From IMG/VR virus record IMGVR_UViG_3300029085_000054: a DNA stretch of 26,759 nt. One strand, written 5' to 3'. This DNA is from a virus. Lineage: Duplodnaviria > Heunggongvirae > Uroviricota > Caudoviricetes. This document shows positions 1 through 9,187 of this stretch, in pieces. The position numbers and the translations under genes were made by a program. Every line of letters starts with the position of its first letter. Within the stretch, counting starts at the first letter, position 1. The notes beneath the pieces were generated by a model. The model was not told the origin of the DNA. It ran no database searches and was given only the letters and a program-made list of their open reading frames with translations.

Positions 1-1803
1 CACGGCCACAACCGGCCAGCTAATCGCCCCGATGGCGGTCATAACAGCACTGCCAACCGTCGTGAAGATTGCCCCCATTGCGCCTGCTGCCGCGATGATG
101 GCATTGATGCCGGTGATAACCGGCCAGGCTACGAGGCCAATGGCACCGATGACACCAATCAGTGCCAGTGCACCACCGACAATGATGCCGATGGTTGACG
201 CCAGTGATTTGTTTTTCTGGATCCAGCCGTCGAGTTTTAACACATACTTTGTGGCCGTCTGCGTGAGATTACGCAGTGCGCCTTCCTGCTGGTCAAACAG
301 GTCAGTGCCAACAGCCTGATACGCTGACTGAAACGATTTAAAGTCGCCGCCGAGGTTATCCTGCATAACCTTAACCAGTTCTTCTGTTTTACCGTCAGAT
401 TCTTTAATCAACCTGGTCAGATTATCCAGCTTGCCGCTGGCTGCTGCTGTCATTAATACACTTGCTGATGAGCTGGCCTCTTCGCCGAATATTGTTTTCA
501 TGTATTCAGCGCGCTGCCCTGTTCCTAGTTTATTTTTTTCAAAACTCCGCTGAATTTCTTTCAGAATTGAAAAGACAGGTCGCGTATTACCTTTGCTGTC
601 AGTTGTCTTTACGCCAAGCTCTTTAATAGCGTCATATGCTTTCCCGGTTGGTGCCTGCAAACGACTCAGTACTGCTCGACTTCCTGTGCCAGCCATAGAC
701 CCACTGATATTTGCATCATGTAATGCACCTAACATTGCTGCTGTTTCTTCCAGGCTGACACCTGCATCTTTTGCCACTGGCCCGACATAGGTAAGTGAAT
801 CACTTAGTCCCTCGAATGTGGCTTGCGATTTATTCATCGTCATTGAAATAACATCAGCAATATGGGAAGCCTTATCATCAGCAAGCCCGAATGCCGATTT
901 TGTCCCAATAAGTAAAGTGGCGTTTTCCTCCATCGTTTTCTTGTTTGCCAGTGACATATTCAAAATGGCCGGTGTTTGTGCCAAGATGCCATTTTTATCC
1001 GCTCCTGATTTAGCCACGATGATTTGAGCTGCTGCTGCATCATCCGCCGAGGCGGCTGTGTTGTCGCCGAGCTGGCGCGCCTGTTTGCGTAGCGCGGCCA
1101 TTTCGGCGGAATCTTTTGCCACTCCGAGCACAGCCTGTAATTCTGAGTTTTTCTGCGCAAACTCATAACCGGGCATCAGCAACTTAACTCCGGCCATCGT
1201 TCCCGCCGCCGCAATCCCCACACCGGCAGCGCCCACTGAGGCCATATTTCCGGCCAGTTCCTTTCCGGCCTGATAACGCTGTTTTACTGCGTTAAGTTTT
1301 GCCTGTTGTGCACTGACACGCGCCAGCGCATCACGCTGCCGGTTAAGCTGTGCGGTGGTTTCACTGATACGGTTTTTCAGCCCCTGCTCATCATGTGCAA
1401 GATTGCGGGTATTAATTCCCACAGAGGCCAGTTCCCGCTGCTGGCGTTTAACGGAATCCGTCAGGCGGTTATATTTCGCCTGTAAGTCCTCCGCCGCACG
1501 CTTTGCGGATTCCAGCACTTTCGCCTGAGCACGGGTCGGACGTTCGGTGTTTTTAAACTGTGTGGCAAGGGCTTCGGCTTCCTGCCGTGCCTTTTCAAGT
1601 GCATGACCAGTCACGGCAAGCTGTGCACTGGTCTTGCGGAATCCCTCAATACGGGATGCGTGACCGTTCAGCTCGCGCAGTGATTTTTGTGTTTCCCGGA
1701 TATCCCCCGACAGCGACTTACTCGCTGTACGGATGGATTTAAACGGGCGGGATGCCTGGTCAACAGCCCTGAGCAATACCTGTAATTTTACATTGTTACT
1801 CAT
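1..1803 (-). CDS. T: Tail tape measure protein gpT, partial (C-terminal part lies beyond the window start)
   Basis: ATG at 1803..1801; translation begins MSNNVKLQVLLRAVDQASRPF. No complete minus-strand ORF is listed across 1..1800 and all plus-strand ORFs there are short, consistent with one long minus-strand frame running off the edge. Position after E/E' matches P2. Confidence 0.85.
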   Translation of the reverse strand, partial: MSNNVKLQVLLRAVDQASRPFKSIRTASKSLSGDIRETQKSLRELNGHASRIEGFRKTSAQLAVTGHALEKARQEAEALATQFKNTERPTRAQAKVLESAKRAAEDLQAKYNRLTDSVKRQQRELASVGINTRNLAHDEQGLKNRISETTAQLNRQRDALARVSAQQAKLNAVKQRYQAGKELAGNMASVGAAGVGIAAAGTMAGVKLLMPGYEFAQKNSELQAVLGVAKDSAEMAALRKQARQLGDNTAASADDAAAAQIIVAKSGADKNGILAQTPAILNMSLANKKTMEENATLLIGTKSAFGLADDKASHIADVISMTMNKSQATFEGLSDSLTYVGPVAKDAGVSLEETAAMLGALHDANISGSMAGTGSRAVLSRLQAPTGKAYDAIKELGVKTTDSKGNTRPVFSILKEIQRSFEKNKLGTGQRAEYMKTIFGEEASSSASVLMTAAASGKLDNLTRLIKESDGKTEELVKVMQDNLGGDFKSFQSAYQAVGTDLFDQQEGALRNLTQTATKYVLKLDGWIQKNKSLASTIGIIVGGALALIGVIGAIGLVAWPVITGINAIIAAAGAMGAIFTTVGSAVMTAIGAISWPVVAV

Positions 1804-2223
1804 TCGTGTTTCCGCTTCGCCGGAGCGCCTTTTCGCGCCATGTGATGAGTTCGGTCAGGCTCATGGGATACAGTTCTGATGGCGGCCAGTGAAATATCAC
1901 TGCCACATCCGCCATCAGGTCATCGACCGACAGACTTTTCGGGAACGTCACTGCACCGAGTTCGGCGACAAAAAACCGACCACCTTACCGGCCAGCGCCA
2001 CAAGGTCAGGCAGTTCCAGCGCGGCGACCTCCTGCTCGGTCAGCATCGGTGCCGTCATGCGCGGCAGCACCTTAATCAGTGCATCGACTTCGGAGTTCGC
2101 GACCGCAGCCAGACTGACACCGCGCAGCGTCCCGGCATTGGGTTTCATCAGCGTGACCTGTTCGATGACCTGCTCACCACGTTTGACCGGATTGTCCAGG
2201 GTAATCACATTTTCTTTGTTCAT
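1796..2223 (-). CDS. E': gpE+E' frameshift fusion product (142 aa by manual translation; -1 shift at T6G)
   Basis: Manual translation: 0-frame codons GGT TTT TTG at 1977..1969; after a -1 slip the frame reads VAELGAVTFPKSLSVDDLMADVAVIFHWPPSELYPMSLTELITWREKALRRSGNTNE and stops at TAA 1798..1796. Total 85+57 = 142 aa, the length I recall for P2 E+E'. The 3' end overlaps the T start. Confidence 0.8.
1948..2223 (-). CDS. E: Tail assembly chaperone gpE (91 aa)
   Basis: ORF track 91 aa; length and position between FII and T match P2 E; ends GFLSPNSVQ with the slippery T6G near its 3' end. Confidence 0.9.
   Translation of the reverse strand: MNKENVITLDNPVKRGEQVIEQVTLMKPNAGTLRGVSLAAVANSEVDALIKVLPRMTAPMLTEQEVAALELPDLVALAGKVVGFLSPNSVQ
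1969..1975 (-). other. Programmed -1 ribosomal frameshift slippery heptamer TTTTTTG (E to E')
   Basis: Minus-strand T6 run 1975..1970 followed by G at 1969, in X_XXY_YYZ register relative to the E frame. Confidence 0.8.
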
Positions 2224-2264
2224 GGTTTTCTCACTTCTGAATCAGGGTTAACCGGTCAGCCAGG

Positions 2265-2305
2265 NNNNNNNNNNNNNNNNNNNNNNNNNNNNNNNNNNNN
2301 NNNNN
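2265..2305. other. Assembly gap (41 N)
   Basis: Run of n characters in the sequence. Confidence 1.
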
Positions 2306-2306
2306 C

Positions 2307-2795
2307 CAGCCGGTCGACGCCGTTCACCTTCTCAATCATGTTGATGGTGTCGATTTCGACCAGCTCCTTACCGTCCATCGTCAGCCGGAAATAAGTGCAG
2401 ACCACGGAGATTTTCGACTCGGTGTCTTCTCCCTGTTTACCCTCGCCGGTGTCGATTTCTTTCTGACGGCCACGCATGACCACTTCGACGGCCACCGTTT
2501 CGCCGGTATCGTCGCGCTGGTAAGAGCCAGCAAAACGAATCGGTACGGCATCCACACCGGTTGCGGCGTAAAGCTCCCAGATAACCGAATCCGGGAAGCC
2601 CCCGAGCGACCACTCCATTGACAGCGCATCGTCATCAAGGCCGAGGTCTACCGGTGCGCTGCCGTTCATCCCCGCACCGCGATAGTTTTCGAGCTTACGG
2701 GTCAGTTTTGGCAGCGTGACGGACTTTGCAACGCCCTGATAGCTGTAGCCGTTCAGAAAGACGTTCATTAACTTGAGTTTGCGCGGCATTGCCAT
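2307..2795 (-). CDS. FII: Tail tube protein gpFII; 3' end unresolved (last ~9 codons and stop fall inside the N gap)
   Basis: 163 resolved codons from ATG at 2795 (MAMPRKLKLMNVFLNGYSYQG ... KVNGVDRL) and then Ns. P2 FII is 172 aa as I recall, so the true stop should lie in the gap; the stop at 2256 in the ORF track is an artefact of reading through N. Confidence 0.85.
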
Positions 2796-2807
2796 CGGTC
2801 AGGCTCC

Positions 2808-3998
2808 TTAATTGCTGTTAACCGAGGTAACCAGACTTGCCAGGTATCTGGAAGTAATACGCTGGCGCAGGGTCAGGTTTTCGAGAGGAGGCACCGGGGT
2901 ATAGTCGTAGTCGATATACAGTTTTCCGGCCTTGAGGGTTTCCGCATCATTGGCTTCTTCACTGAACCAGCATGTGCCATCCACGATATAACCGTTGTTT
3001 TTCAGTTCGCGGAATTTGGCATTAATGCCATCAATGATGTCACGAATCAGCGTTGCGGTAATTGGCTTATCAATAGCCCACATGTGCGCCTCGGCCATCG
3101 TGTCGGCCAGTACCTGCGCGGTGCGGGTGTAGCTTTCAAAGAGGAACAGCGGGTCATCAGAGCAGGTACGGTTACCCCAGAAGCGGAAGCCGTCGCGGCG
3201 AATCAGCGTAGTGATGCCTGACTCGTTAAGCAGGTCAGCATCAGTGCCGGGCTTCTGCAAATCCCAGAATACAGAGGCGCTGATGCCGGTAACACCATTT
3301 ACCCCGACATTGGACAGCGTTTTATGCCAGCCCTGCTCCTGGTCGATTTTGGCACGCAGCCCCAGCGCACGGGCGGTGGCATACGCGGTGGCGGTGGTAC
3401 TGGTGACCGTATCCCATGCGAGGAAATCCGGCCAGATGACCATCAGCTCACGCTGGCTGAAATTCTGACGGTAGGCTTTTGCCTCGGAAATGGTTTTACA
3501 GCCCCATGCGCTAATATACCCGAATGCATTCAGTTCCTGGCATACCGATGCCAGTGCGACGGCAACCTCTTTGGTGTCCAGTCCCGGTACGCCGAGAATG
3601 CGTGGTTTAACGCCGGTAACCGACTCAGCCCCCATCAGGGCTTTCAGTCCGGTGTACTGACCGTTTTCGTCGGTGGTGCCGATGATATTGGAAACGGTCT
3701 GCGCGAGTTTCGTTTCTTCGTCTTCGCCGGTGCCGTCTTCCACGCGCACGACAACGGTGACCGGTTTTGACTGGTCAGCGATGGCCTGCAACGATGCCGC
3801 CAGCGTGCCTTTTTTACCGGCCTTTGCAATTGCACTCTGCACATTGGTAATCAGTACAGGTTTATTGAGGGGAAAGGTTTCCGCATCCGCATCGCTGGCC
3901 GTGCAGACCATGCCGACAATGGCAGTGGATACGGTGGAAATGACGCGGGTGCCGTCGTTAATCTCCAGCACCTGCACGCCGTGATGATAGTCACTCAT
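2808..3998 (-). CDS. FI: Contractile tail sheath protein gpFI (396 aa)
   Basis: ORF track 396 aa; sheath-like sequence; position upstream of FII; same length as P2 FI as I recall. Confidence 0.92.
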   Translation of the reverse strand: MSDYHHGVQVLEINDGTRVISTVSTAIVGMVCTASDADAETFPLNKPVLITNVQSAIAKAGKKGTLAASLQAIADQSKPVTVVVRVEDGTGEDEETKLAQTVSNIIGTTDENGQYTGLKALMGAESVTGVKPRILGVPGLDTKEVAVALASVCQELNAFGYISAWGCKTISEAKAYRQNFSQRELMVIWPDFLAWDTVTSTTATAYATARALGLRAKIDQEQGWHKTLSNVGVNGVTGISASVFWDLQKPGTDADLLNESGITTLIRRDGFRFWGNRTCSDDPLFLFESYTRTAQVLADTMAEAHMWAIDKPITATLIRDIIDGINAKFRELKNNGYIVDGTCWFSEEANDAETLKAGKLYIDYDYTPVPPLENLTLRQRITSRYLASLVTSVNSN

Positions 3999-4091
3999 CC
4001 GTTTAACTCCGTGGTTAATGGGTGCAACTATTTTCTGTTGTGCAGAGCATGAGGCGCTATTTGACCTAGCTGGTCAGTGGATGAAACAACA

Positions 4092-4121
4092 GATAAAGAA
4101 AAGACGGGCAATCAGCCCGCC
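4092..4121 (-). terminator. Rho-independent terminator after G (end of the V-to-G operon)
   Basis: Minus strand reads GGCGGGC-TGATT-GCCCGTC followed by TTTTCTTTAT, a few nt after the G stop codon. Confidence 0.6.
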
Positions 4122-4126
4122 TGTGT

Positions 4127-4654
4127 TTATTGCGGTATTTCCGGCCATTCGGGATTTGCAGGATCCACACGACTGACCAGAACGCTGTAGCGTTCCCATG
4201 CTTCCAGTCGACTGCGCTCCTCATCTGTTGCCATATTCAGCCTGACAGCGCGCTCCAGTGGCTGAATAACGCTTTCCGCTTCGGAAAGTAACGCGGCCTT
4301 TTGTGATTCTGCCTGTTGTTGCTGTTCGTCTGCCGTATAAATCCGCTTAATCACGGCACCATCCTTAAACATCCATTTACCTGAGTCATCAGCACGTCGG
4401 TTGGCGGTAATATCAGGAACCTCGACAACGCTAAAACCTTCAGGGTTGAGCGTTGAAGCATCTCTGGTGATGCCGACAATTATATTATTCTCGTCGTAAA
4501 CAATCTTTATCGTGTCTTCCTGAAAATTACTTACTTCCTCATACCAGTTTTTTCCCTCTTCGGACCATAACCAGATAACATCAAAATTTTTTGTCAGTTG
4601 ATATTGGGCAACAGTTTTTGGATTACCCGCAGTAATATTTTTTAAATGCTGCAT
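4127..4654 (-). CDS. G: Tail fibre assembly protein gpG (175 aa)
   Basis: ORF track 175 aa directly downstream of the tail fibre gene; same length as P2 G as I recall. Confidence 0.85.
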   Translation of the reverse strand: MQHLKNITAGNPKTVAQYQLTKNFDVIWLWSEEGKNWYEEVSNFQEDTIKIVYDENNIIVGITRDASTLNPEGFSVVEVPDITANRRADDSGKWMFKDGAVIKRIYTADEQQQQAESQKAALLSEAESVIQPLERAVRLNMATDEERSRLEAWERYSVLVSRVDPANPEWPEIPQ

Positions 4655-4657
4655 AAA

Positions 4658-7393
4658 TTACACCTGTGCGACGTTATACCATGTGCCATTGATGTATTTT
4701 TGTATTGGTCTGAATACTGCGGGGTCATCACCATCGACTTCACCGACAATACCAAGCCCGGTAATTACGTGCCCTGCTTTCTCATACATCACCCCTTTCT
4801 GCATGGTCTGGACAACACGTGTGCCAAGTCTGACATCTCTCACATAGCGGGAATCAAAGTTACCGTAATCCGAGGGATTAACACGCCCCGTAATATTTAT
4901 GGTTTTATTACTTTGAACGCTTCCGGAGACAAAGCGCATAACATGGACGCTATTAGCATAAACATCCAGATTACCATCACCATTTTGTTTAAAGCCCGTG
5001 TCATTATCACCCAAAACAATCGAATTACCGCCAAGAGCACTGGATGTTCCTATACCCAGAGCACCATTCAATTGACCACCAGATAACGGCAGTGCACCGA
5101 CATCTCCCGCTGTAGGTTTTCGCGTTGTGGTATAAAACTCAGACCAGTCAGCCTCGAATCCGTAACCGTCACGAGCAGAACGATAAAAAATACCACCGTT
5201 CTTATAATTAACGCGAAACTGGGCGGCGGGACAACTTCCTTCACCGATATTAAAATGAAGAATTAACGTTGATGCCCCACCAATAGTTGCGTTATAGGCT
5301 CCGCTACTCCAGTTCCATCCAACGGCTTTATCATTCGCAACAGTGTCTCCTGTTTTTCCTGAAGCAAATGCACCAATATTTTTCGGCGTCAGGTTAATAT
5401 CTGATGTTCCATCAAACGAAACGTTATTAATTTTACGGGCTGTTTTCAGCTTTGTTGCTGTCGCCGCATTGCCGGACAGTTCACCAGAAAGGCCAGCACT
5501 GAATGTCTGTTTCGCGCCCCATGTCTGGGCTTCGTCAATGATTGGTACTCGTCTTGTTGTGATCGTGCGGCTTCCCGGATTTCCTGAAATGCGCACCATA
5601 AAAAAGCGGTAGTTGGCTTTACTTACAGTGCTGCGCCATACATGCATTGAGCGCCCCGTACCGGAATCATCACTCGGACCAACTGCGATGTTTATCAGGT
5701 TGCCATCAATGACGCCCCAGTCCATACCGTCGGGAATATTGGTCATATTATCCAGCCGAACGGTTATCAGACTGCCCGGCACAAAATCGTAGGTCTGCCA
5801 GTCCAGACTGGATAGTTTTGCCACTGCGCCACCGATGCCCAGATTCAGGGGAAGTGAATAAGATGTGTAAACTTCCCGCCATTCGCTCCATGAACTGCCG
5901 GTAAAAACGCGCTCAAACGTGCGACCTTTAAGGGTTGTACCTGTTCCGGCAGTTGTATAACGCTGCCATACGTTAACACCATCAAAGCGCCTCAACACTT
6001 CCAGAATACCGAGGACTGTCACGCCGTTTCCATCCAGTATTGGACCGTTGCTCGCTTTACCTGTAACGCTGTAAATACCTGGTGAAGTCACATCATTCAA
6101 ATCCCCGTCGTAATAACGACTCTCTGACTGATGACCGACTCTTAACCACGGTTCCCACTGCGGATTTGATGCATCCCAGCTTGCCGCAAGGCAGCGGACG
6201 TACATATTTCCACGGCGAGTGGTATAACGTTGCGTTCTTCCATAATTCCCGCCTTCGAGGATCTCAAGCGTCCCCTGAGCAAAGCCGCCTTCCTCTGGAT
6301 AATTGCGTTCATATGAAGCTATAGCCGAGCTACTGTTACGCCATAAACCAAGATGCTCAGCGGCTCCAAGCGTATTCAGGTCTATAGTCGTACTCAAAGG
6401 GCGGGTAGCTGATTGAGTGTGACGCCATACGCCCCACGGACCATCAGTGCCATTCCACTTATTGGCGAGTTTACGCATGTATACATTGCCGTCTCTCGTG
6501 ATAAAACGTTGCGTGCCTGCAAAATTGCCAGCTGCAAAAACCTCAAGCACACCGACAGCATTATCTTCCGGGAAATTTTTCTCCAGTGTTGCGTTGGTGG
6601 ATGTTGCTTTAGACCAGATGCCAAGATAAGCCTTCACGGGACCAAATGTATTCAGGTCGGCATCAAGCGGCATTTCGCCATTGTTTTTCATAAACGTCAG
6701 GCTGGTAACGCCAACATTGTCCAGAAAAGCGCCCTTATCTGGAATATCGCCACCGTTCTGGTCTTTCTGCAGACGTTTCTCAGCATTGTCATAGGCTGCT
6801 TTTACTGCCTTTGGCGTTGCCGCCAGCTTTTCACTGGTGCTGTTTGTTGCACTGCTTAACTGGGTAAAACCTTTTTCTGTCAGCGTGGCGTCAGGATGGC
6901 GGCGGGACTGCTCATGCTCTGCGATTTTGTCATCGACGTAATCCTGCGTCGCCATCACTGTGCTGGCATCAATACTCAGCTCAACGGACGCCACGTTGCT
7001 GACAATAATAACCATGCGGCAGGTCTGCGCGCGCCCGGAGCCTTCAGCCAGTTCTGGCTTATAGCTTTCTGCCATGTTAGCGACCGCAATCAGTGTTCCG
7101 GCATCGTCATACAGACCAAGTTCACGCATCCAGAAGCCGCCCACTTCTGGCGGTACAACCAGTTCAGCCACGATATAGTTTTTATTCTTATTATCCACGC
7201 TGACTTTATTCAGAGCGTGACGCCAGACCTCATGCACCAGTTTCGTCTGACCGGCATCCGGCACCGGCAATTTGCCATTACCGTCACCCACGGCCATTGC
7301 AGACAGGTTTACTTTTTTCCCGCCGGGGACAGTGGCGGCTGCCAGCTTTGCGGCTCCGGCAGTAGTGATAACGGTTTTAAATTTCGTGCTCAT
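4658..7393 (-). CDS. H: Tail fibre protein gpH (911 aa): P2-like N-terminus, three tandem ~55-aa repeats, divergent C-terminal part
   Basis: N-terminus MSTKFKTVITTAGAAKLAAATVPGG is P2 H-like. Internal repeats at roughly aa 273-330, 363-417 and 455-510 share G.LE.L..GN....TQR..TR.GN.Y.R.....W..W. Considerably longer than P2 H (669 aa as I recall). Confidence 0.88.
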   Translation of the reverse strand: MSTKFKTVITTAGAAKLAAATVPGGKKVNLSAMAVGDGNGKLPVPDAGQTKLVHEVWRHALNKVSVDNKNKNYIVAELVVPPEVGGFWMRELGLYDDAGTLIAVANMAESYKPELAEGSGRAQTCRMVIIVSNVASVELSIDASTVMATQDYVDDKIAEHEQSRRHPDATLTEKGFTQLSSATNSTSEKLAATPKAVKAAYDNAEKRLQKDQNGGDIPDKGAFLDNVGVTSLTFMKNNGEMPLDADLNTFGPVKAYLGIWSKATSTNATLEKNFPEDNAVGVLEVFAAGNFAGTQRFITRDGNVYMRKLANKWNGTDGPWGVWRHTQSATRPLSTTIDLNTLGAAEHLGLWRNSSSAIASYERNYPEEGGFAQGTLEILEGGNYGRTQRYTTRRGNMYVRCLAASWDASNPQWEPWLRVGHQSESRYYDGDLNDVTSPGIYSVTGKASNGPILDGNGVTVLGILEVLRRFDGVNVWQRYTTAGTGTTLKGRTFERVFTGSSWSEWREVYTSYSLPLNLGIGGAVAKLSSLDWQTYDFVPGSLITVRLDNMTNIPDGMDWGVIDGNLINIAVGPSDDSGTGRSMHVWRSTVSKANYRFFMVRISGNPGSRTITTRRVPIIDEAQTWGAKQTFSAGLSGELSGNAATATKLKTARKINNVSFDGTSDINLTPKNIGAFASGKTGDTVANDKAVGWNWSSGAYNATIGGASTLILHFNIGEGSCPAAQFRVNYKNGGIFYRSARDGYGFEADWSEFYTTTRKPTAGDVGALPLSGGQLNGALGIGTSSALGGNSIVLGDNDTGFKQNGDGNLDVYANSVHVMRFVSGSVQSNKTINITGRVNPSDYGNFDSRYVRDVRLGTRVVQTMQKGVMYEKAGHVITGLGIVGEVDGDDPAVFRPIQKYINGTWYNVAQV

Positions 7394-7403
7394 TGTTTCT
7401 CAC

Positions 7404-7934
7404 TTATCCGGGATAAACAGTAATAACATCACCATCACAGACCACACCGCCTGTATACAGATAGCCGGGAATGTCCTGGATAATGTTCAGGCCGATAAGG
7501 TGTCGACTTGCGGGTTTGGCATCGGCAATCAGCCGTTCCATTTCCAGATACATCTCTTCCGTGATACCGCTTTCCAGTACGCCGATATCAAGGCGAAAGG
7601 TTCCGGCCGGGTCGTTTGTCTCCCACCATTCCTTTACGTTAATGAGATAGCCGAGCGGCTCCACCACACGCCGGATTGCACCGATAGTGCCTTTATGGCA
7701 GTGAATGAAATACGCATCGCGGATAACGGCGCGTTTTGTTGCTTCCGGCCACTTTTCATCCCAGCGGTCAACCGAAAACGCCCACGCCAGCCACGGCAGC
7801 AGATTTGCCGGGCAGGTGTCCGGGTTCCACAGCTCACGAATACTGACCGGCGTTTTTTCAATTTCCGCACAGGCTTTTGCGGCGGCAACTTCAAGCGGTG
7901 ATGAGCCGGTCGGCAGCAGTCGCGAATCACTCAT
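7404..7934 (-). CDS. I: Baseplate assembly protein gpI (176 aa)
   Basis: ORF track 176 aa; position between J and H; length matches P2 I. Confidence 0.88.
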   Translation of the reverse strand: MSDSRLLPTGSSPLEVAAAKACAEIEKTPVSIRELWNPDTCPANLLPWLAWAFSVDRWDEKWPEATKRAVIRDAYFIHCHKGTIGAIRRVVEPLGYLINVKEWWETNDPAGTFRLDIGVLESGITEEMYLEMERLIADAKPASRHLIGLNIIQDIPGYLYTGGVVCDGDVITVYPG

Positions 7935-8835
7935 CCGAGCCTCCGGTCACGACGCGGTATTCGGTACAGAAAGACGCCTGCGTACTGTTGAGCACGATGT
8001 CGGCCAGTGGTGCAGCCAGTTCGACACGCTGCACGCCTTCCACATGCAAAGCGGCATAAATGGCAGACAGACGGATGTCGCGCCCCAGCCGGTGCTGTGC
8101 CGTGATGTATGCTTCCAGTTTTTTCACGGCGGCGGCGCGGATGGGTTCGCTTTCGGGACCAGGGTAAAGGTACAGCGTGGCGTTTATCTGGTATTCAACA
8201 ATGGCGGCAGACTGCACGGTCACTCGGTCGGCCACCGGCCTGACGTCCTCGCCATTAAGGGCGTTACGCACCACTGCCAGCAGGTCTTCGGATGCGACAC
8301 CGTTATTTTCACGTGACAGCACAGAGATGGTGACGCAGGCCGGTGACGGACTGGTGACAGAGATATCCGCGACACGCCCGTCGGCACTGCGACCATGATA
8401 CTGATAGGCACCCACCGACCCGGCGACGCTTAAACCTTCAAACGCCTGCTGAATACGCAGACGATAATCAGTGTCAGATTCCATCACTGCCGGTGTCGGC
8501 GGGATGGTCGAATCATCTGCCGGGGTGATAATCAGGCGTGTGGTGTTGTAATTGGCACCAATCACATCAAGGTCATTACCGGCTGCACAGGCCAGCATCA
8601 CCGCCCGTGCAGCCTCATTCACACGCTGACGCCAGATAAGCTCACGATAAGCATTTTCCTCCAGCAGTTTGACGAGAGGCTCAGATTCCAGCGTCAGGGT
8701 ACGGGCGACCGCCTCCTGCTGGTCTTCCGGATAAAGGGAAATCAGTGTCGCCTTGCGTTCGGTGAGAATGGTTTCAAAGTCCAGCTCCTCGACCACATCC
8801 GGTGCGGGTAGCTGGTTCAGGTCGATAATCGGCAT
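7927..8835 (-). CDS. J: Baseplate assembly protein gpJ (302 aa)
   Basis: ORF track 302 aa; position between W and I; length matches P2 J. Confidence 0.9.
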   Translation of the reverse strand: MPIIDLNQLPAPDVVEELDFETILTERKATLISLYPEDQQEAVARTLTLESEPLVKLLEENAYRELIWRQRVNEAARAVMLACAAGNDLDVIGANYNTTRLIITPADDSTIPPTPAVMESDTDYRLRIQQAFEGLSVAGSVGAYQYHGRSADGRVADISVTSPSPACVTISVLSRENNGVASEDLLAVVRNALNGEDVRPVADRVTVQSAAIVEYQINATLYLYPGPESEPIRAAAVKKLEAYITAQHRLGRDIRLSAIYAALHVEGVQRVELAAPLADIVLNSTQASFCTEYRVVTGGSDE

Positions 8836-8839
8836 GGTT

Positions 8840-9187
8840 TCAACTCACAGGGATGGTTAACGAAAGTGGCTGGCCGGTGTCGTTGTGCTGGCCGGTTAAC
8901 GTAACTGTCATTCGCCCGTCAAAACTGCGCGCCGTGGTGACGGATGACAGGGTGACGCGGGGTTCCCATTTCAGCACCGCCATGTAACAGGCGACCTTAA
9001 TCTGCAACTCAAGCGCCGGGGTCTGCGGCTGGTCAATCATTGACGCCAGCAACGAGCCGTAATCACGACGCATCACCCGCGAGCCGACCGGTGTGCGCAG
9101 GATATCGCCGATACTCTGGCTGATATGCTCAAGGTCAGTGACAGTCAGGCCATCACTGCGATTCATTCCGAGATAACGCGCTGTCAT
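8840..9187 (-). CDS. W: Baseplate protein gpW (115 aa, gp25-like)
   Basis: ORF track 115 aa; start overlaps the V stop; length matches P2 W. Confidence 0.9.
   Translation of the reverse strand: MTARYLGMNRSDGLTVTDLEHISQSIGDILRTPVGSRVMRRDYGSLLASMIDQPQTPALELQIKVACYMAVLKWEPRVTLSSVTTARSFDGRMTVTLTGQHNDTGQPLSLTIPVS

Noticed and set aside
32-1027. Plus-strand ORFs of 65-95 aa (32..319, 593..790, 818..1027).
   Set aside because: They lie antisense inside the long minus-strand tape measure reading frame and have low-complexity Ala/Pro/Met-rich translations typical of the opposite strand of a GC-rich gene.
1879-2394. Plus-strand ORFs 1879..2394 and 1889..2251, and minus-strand ORF 2381..2638.
   Set aside because: They overlap E, the N gap and FII, which have strong positional and length support; the 171-aa ORF reads through the Ns.
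3211-3984. Several ORFs of 66-148 aa on both strands inside the sheath gene region.
   Set aside because: They are antisense or out of frame relative to the 396-aa FI gene; Gly/Arg-rich low-complexity products.
4646-8411. Plus-strand ORFs of up to 209 aa across the H, I and J region (for example 6896..7423, 7272..7901, 7705..8316).
   Set aside because: They are antisense to the contiguous baseplate and tail fibre genes; many start at non-ATG codons in the track and have Cys/Arg/His-rich compositions.
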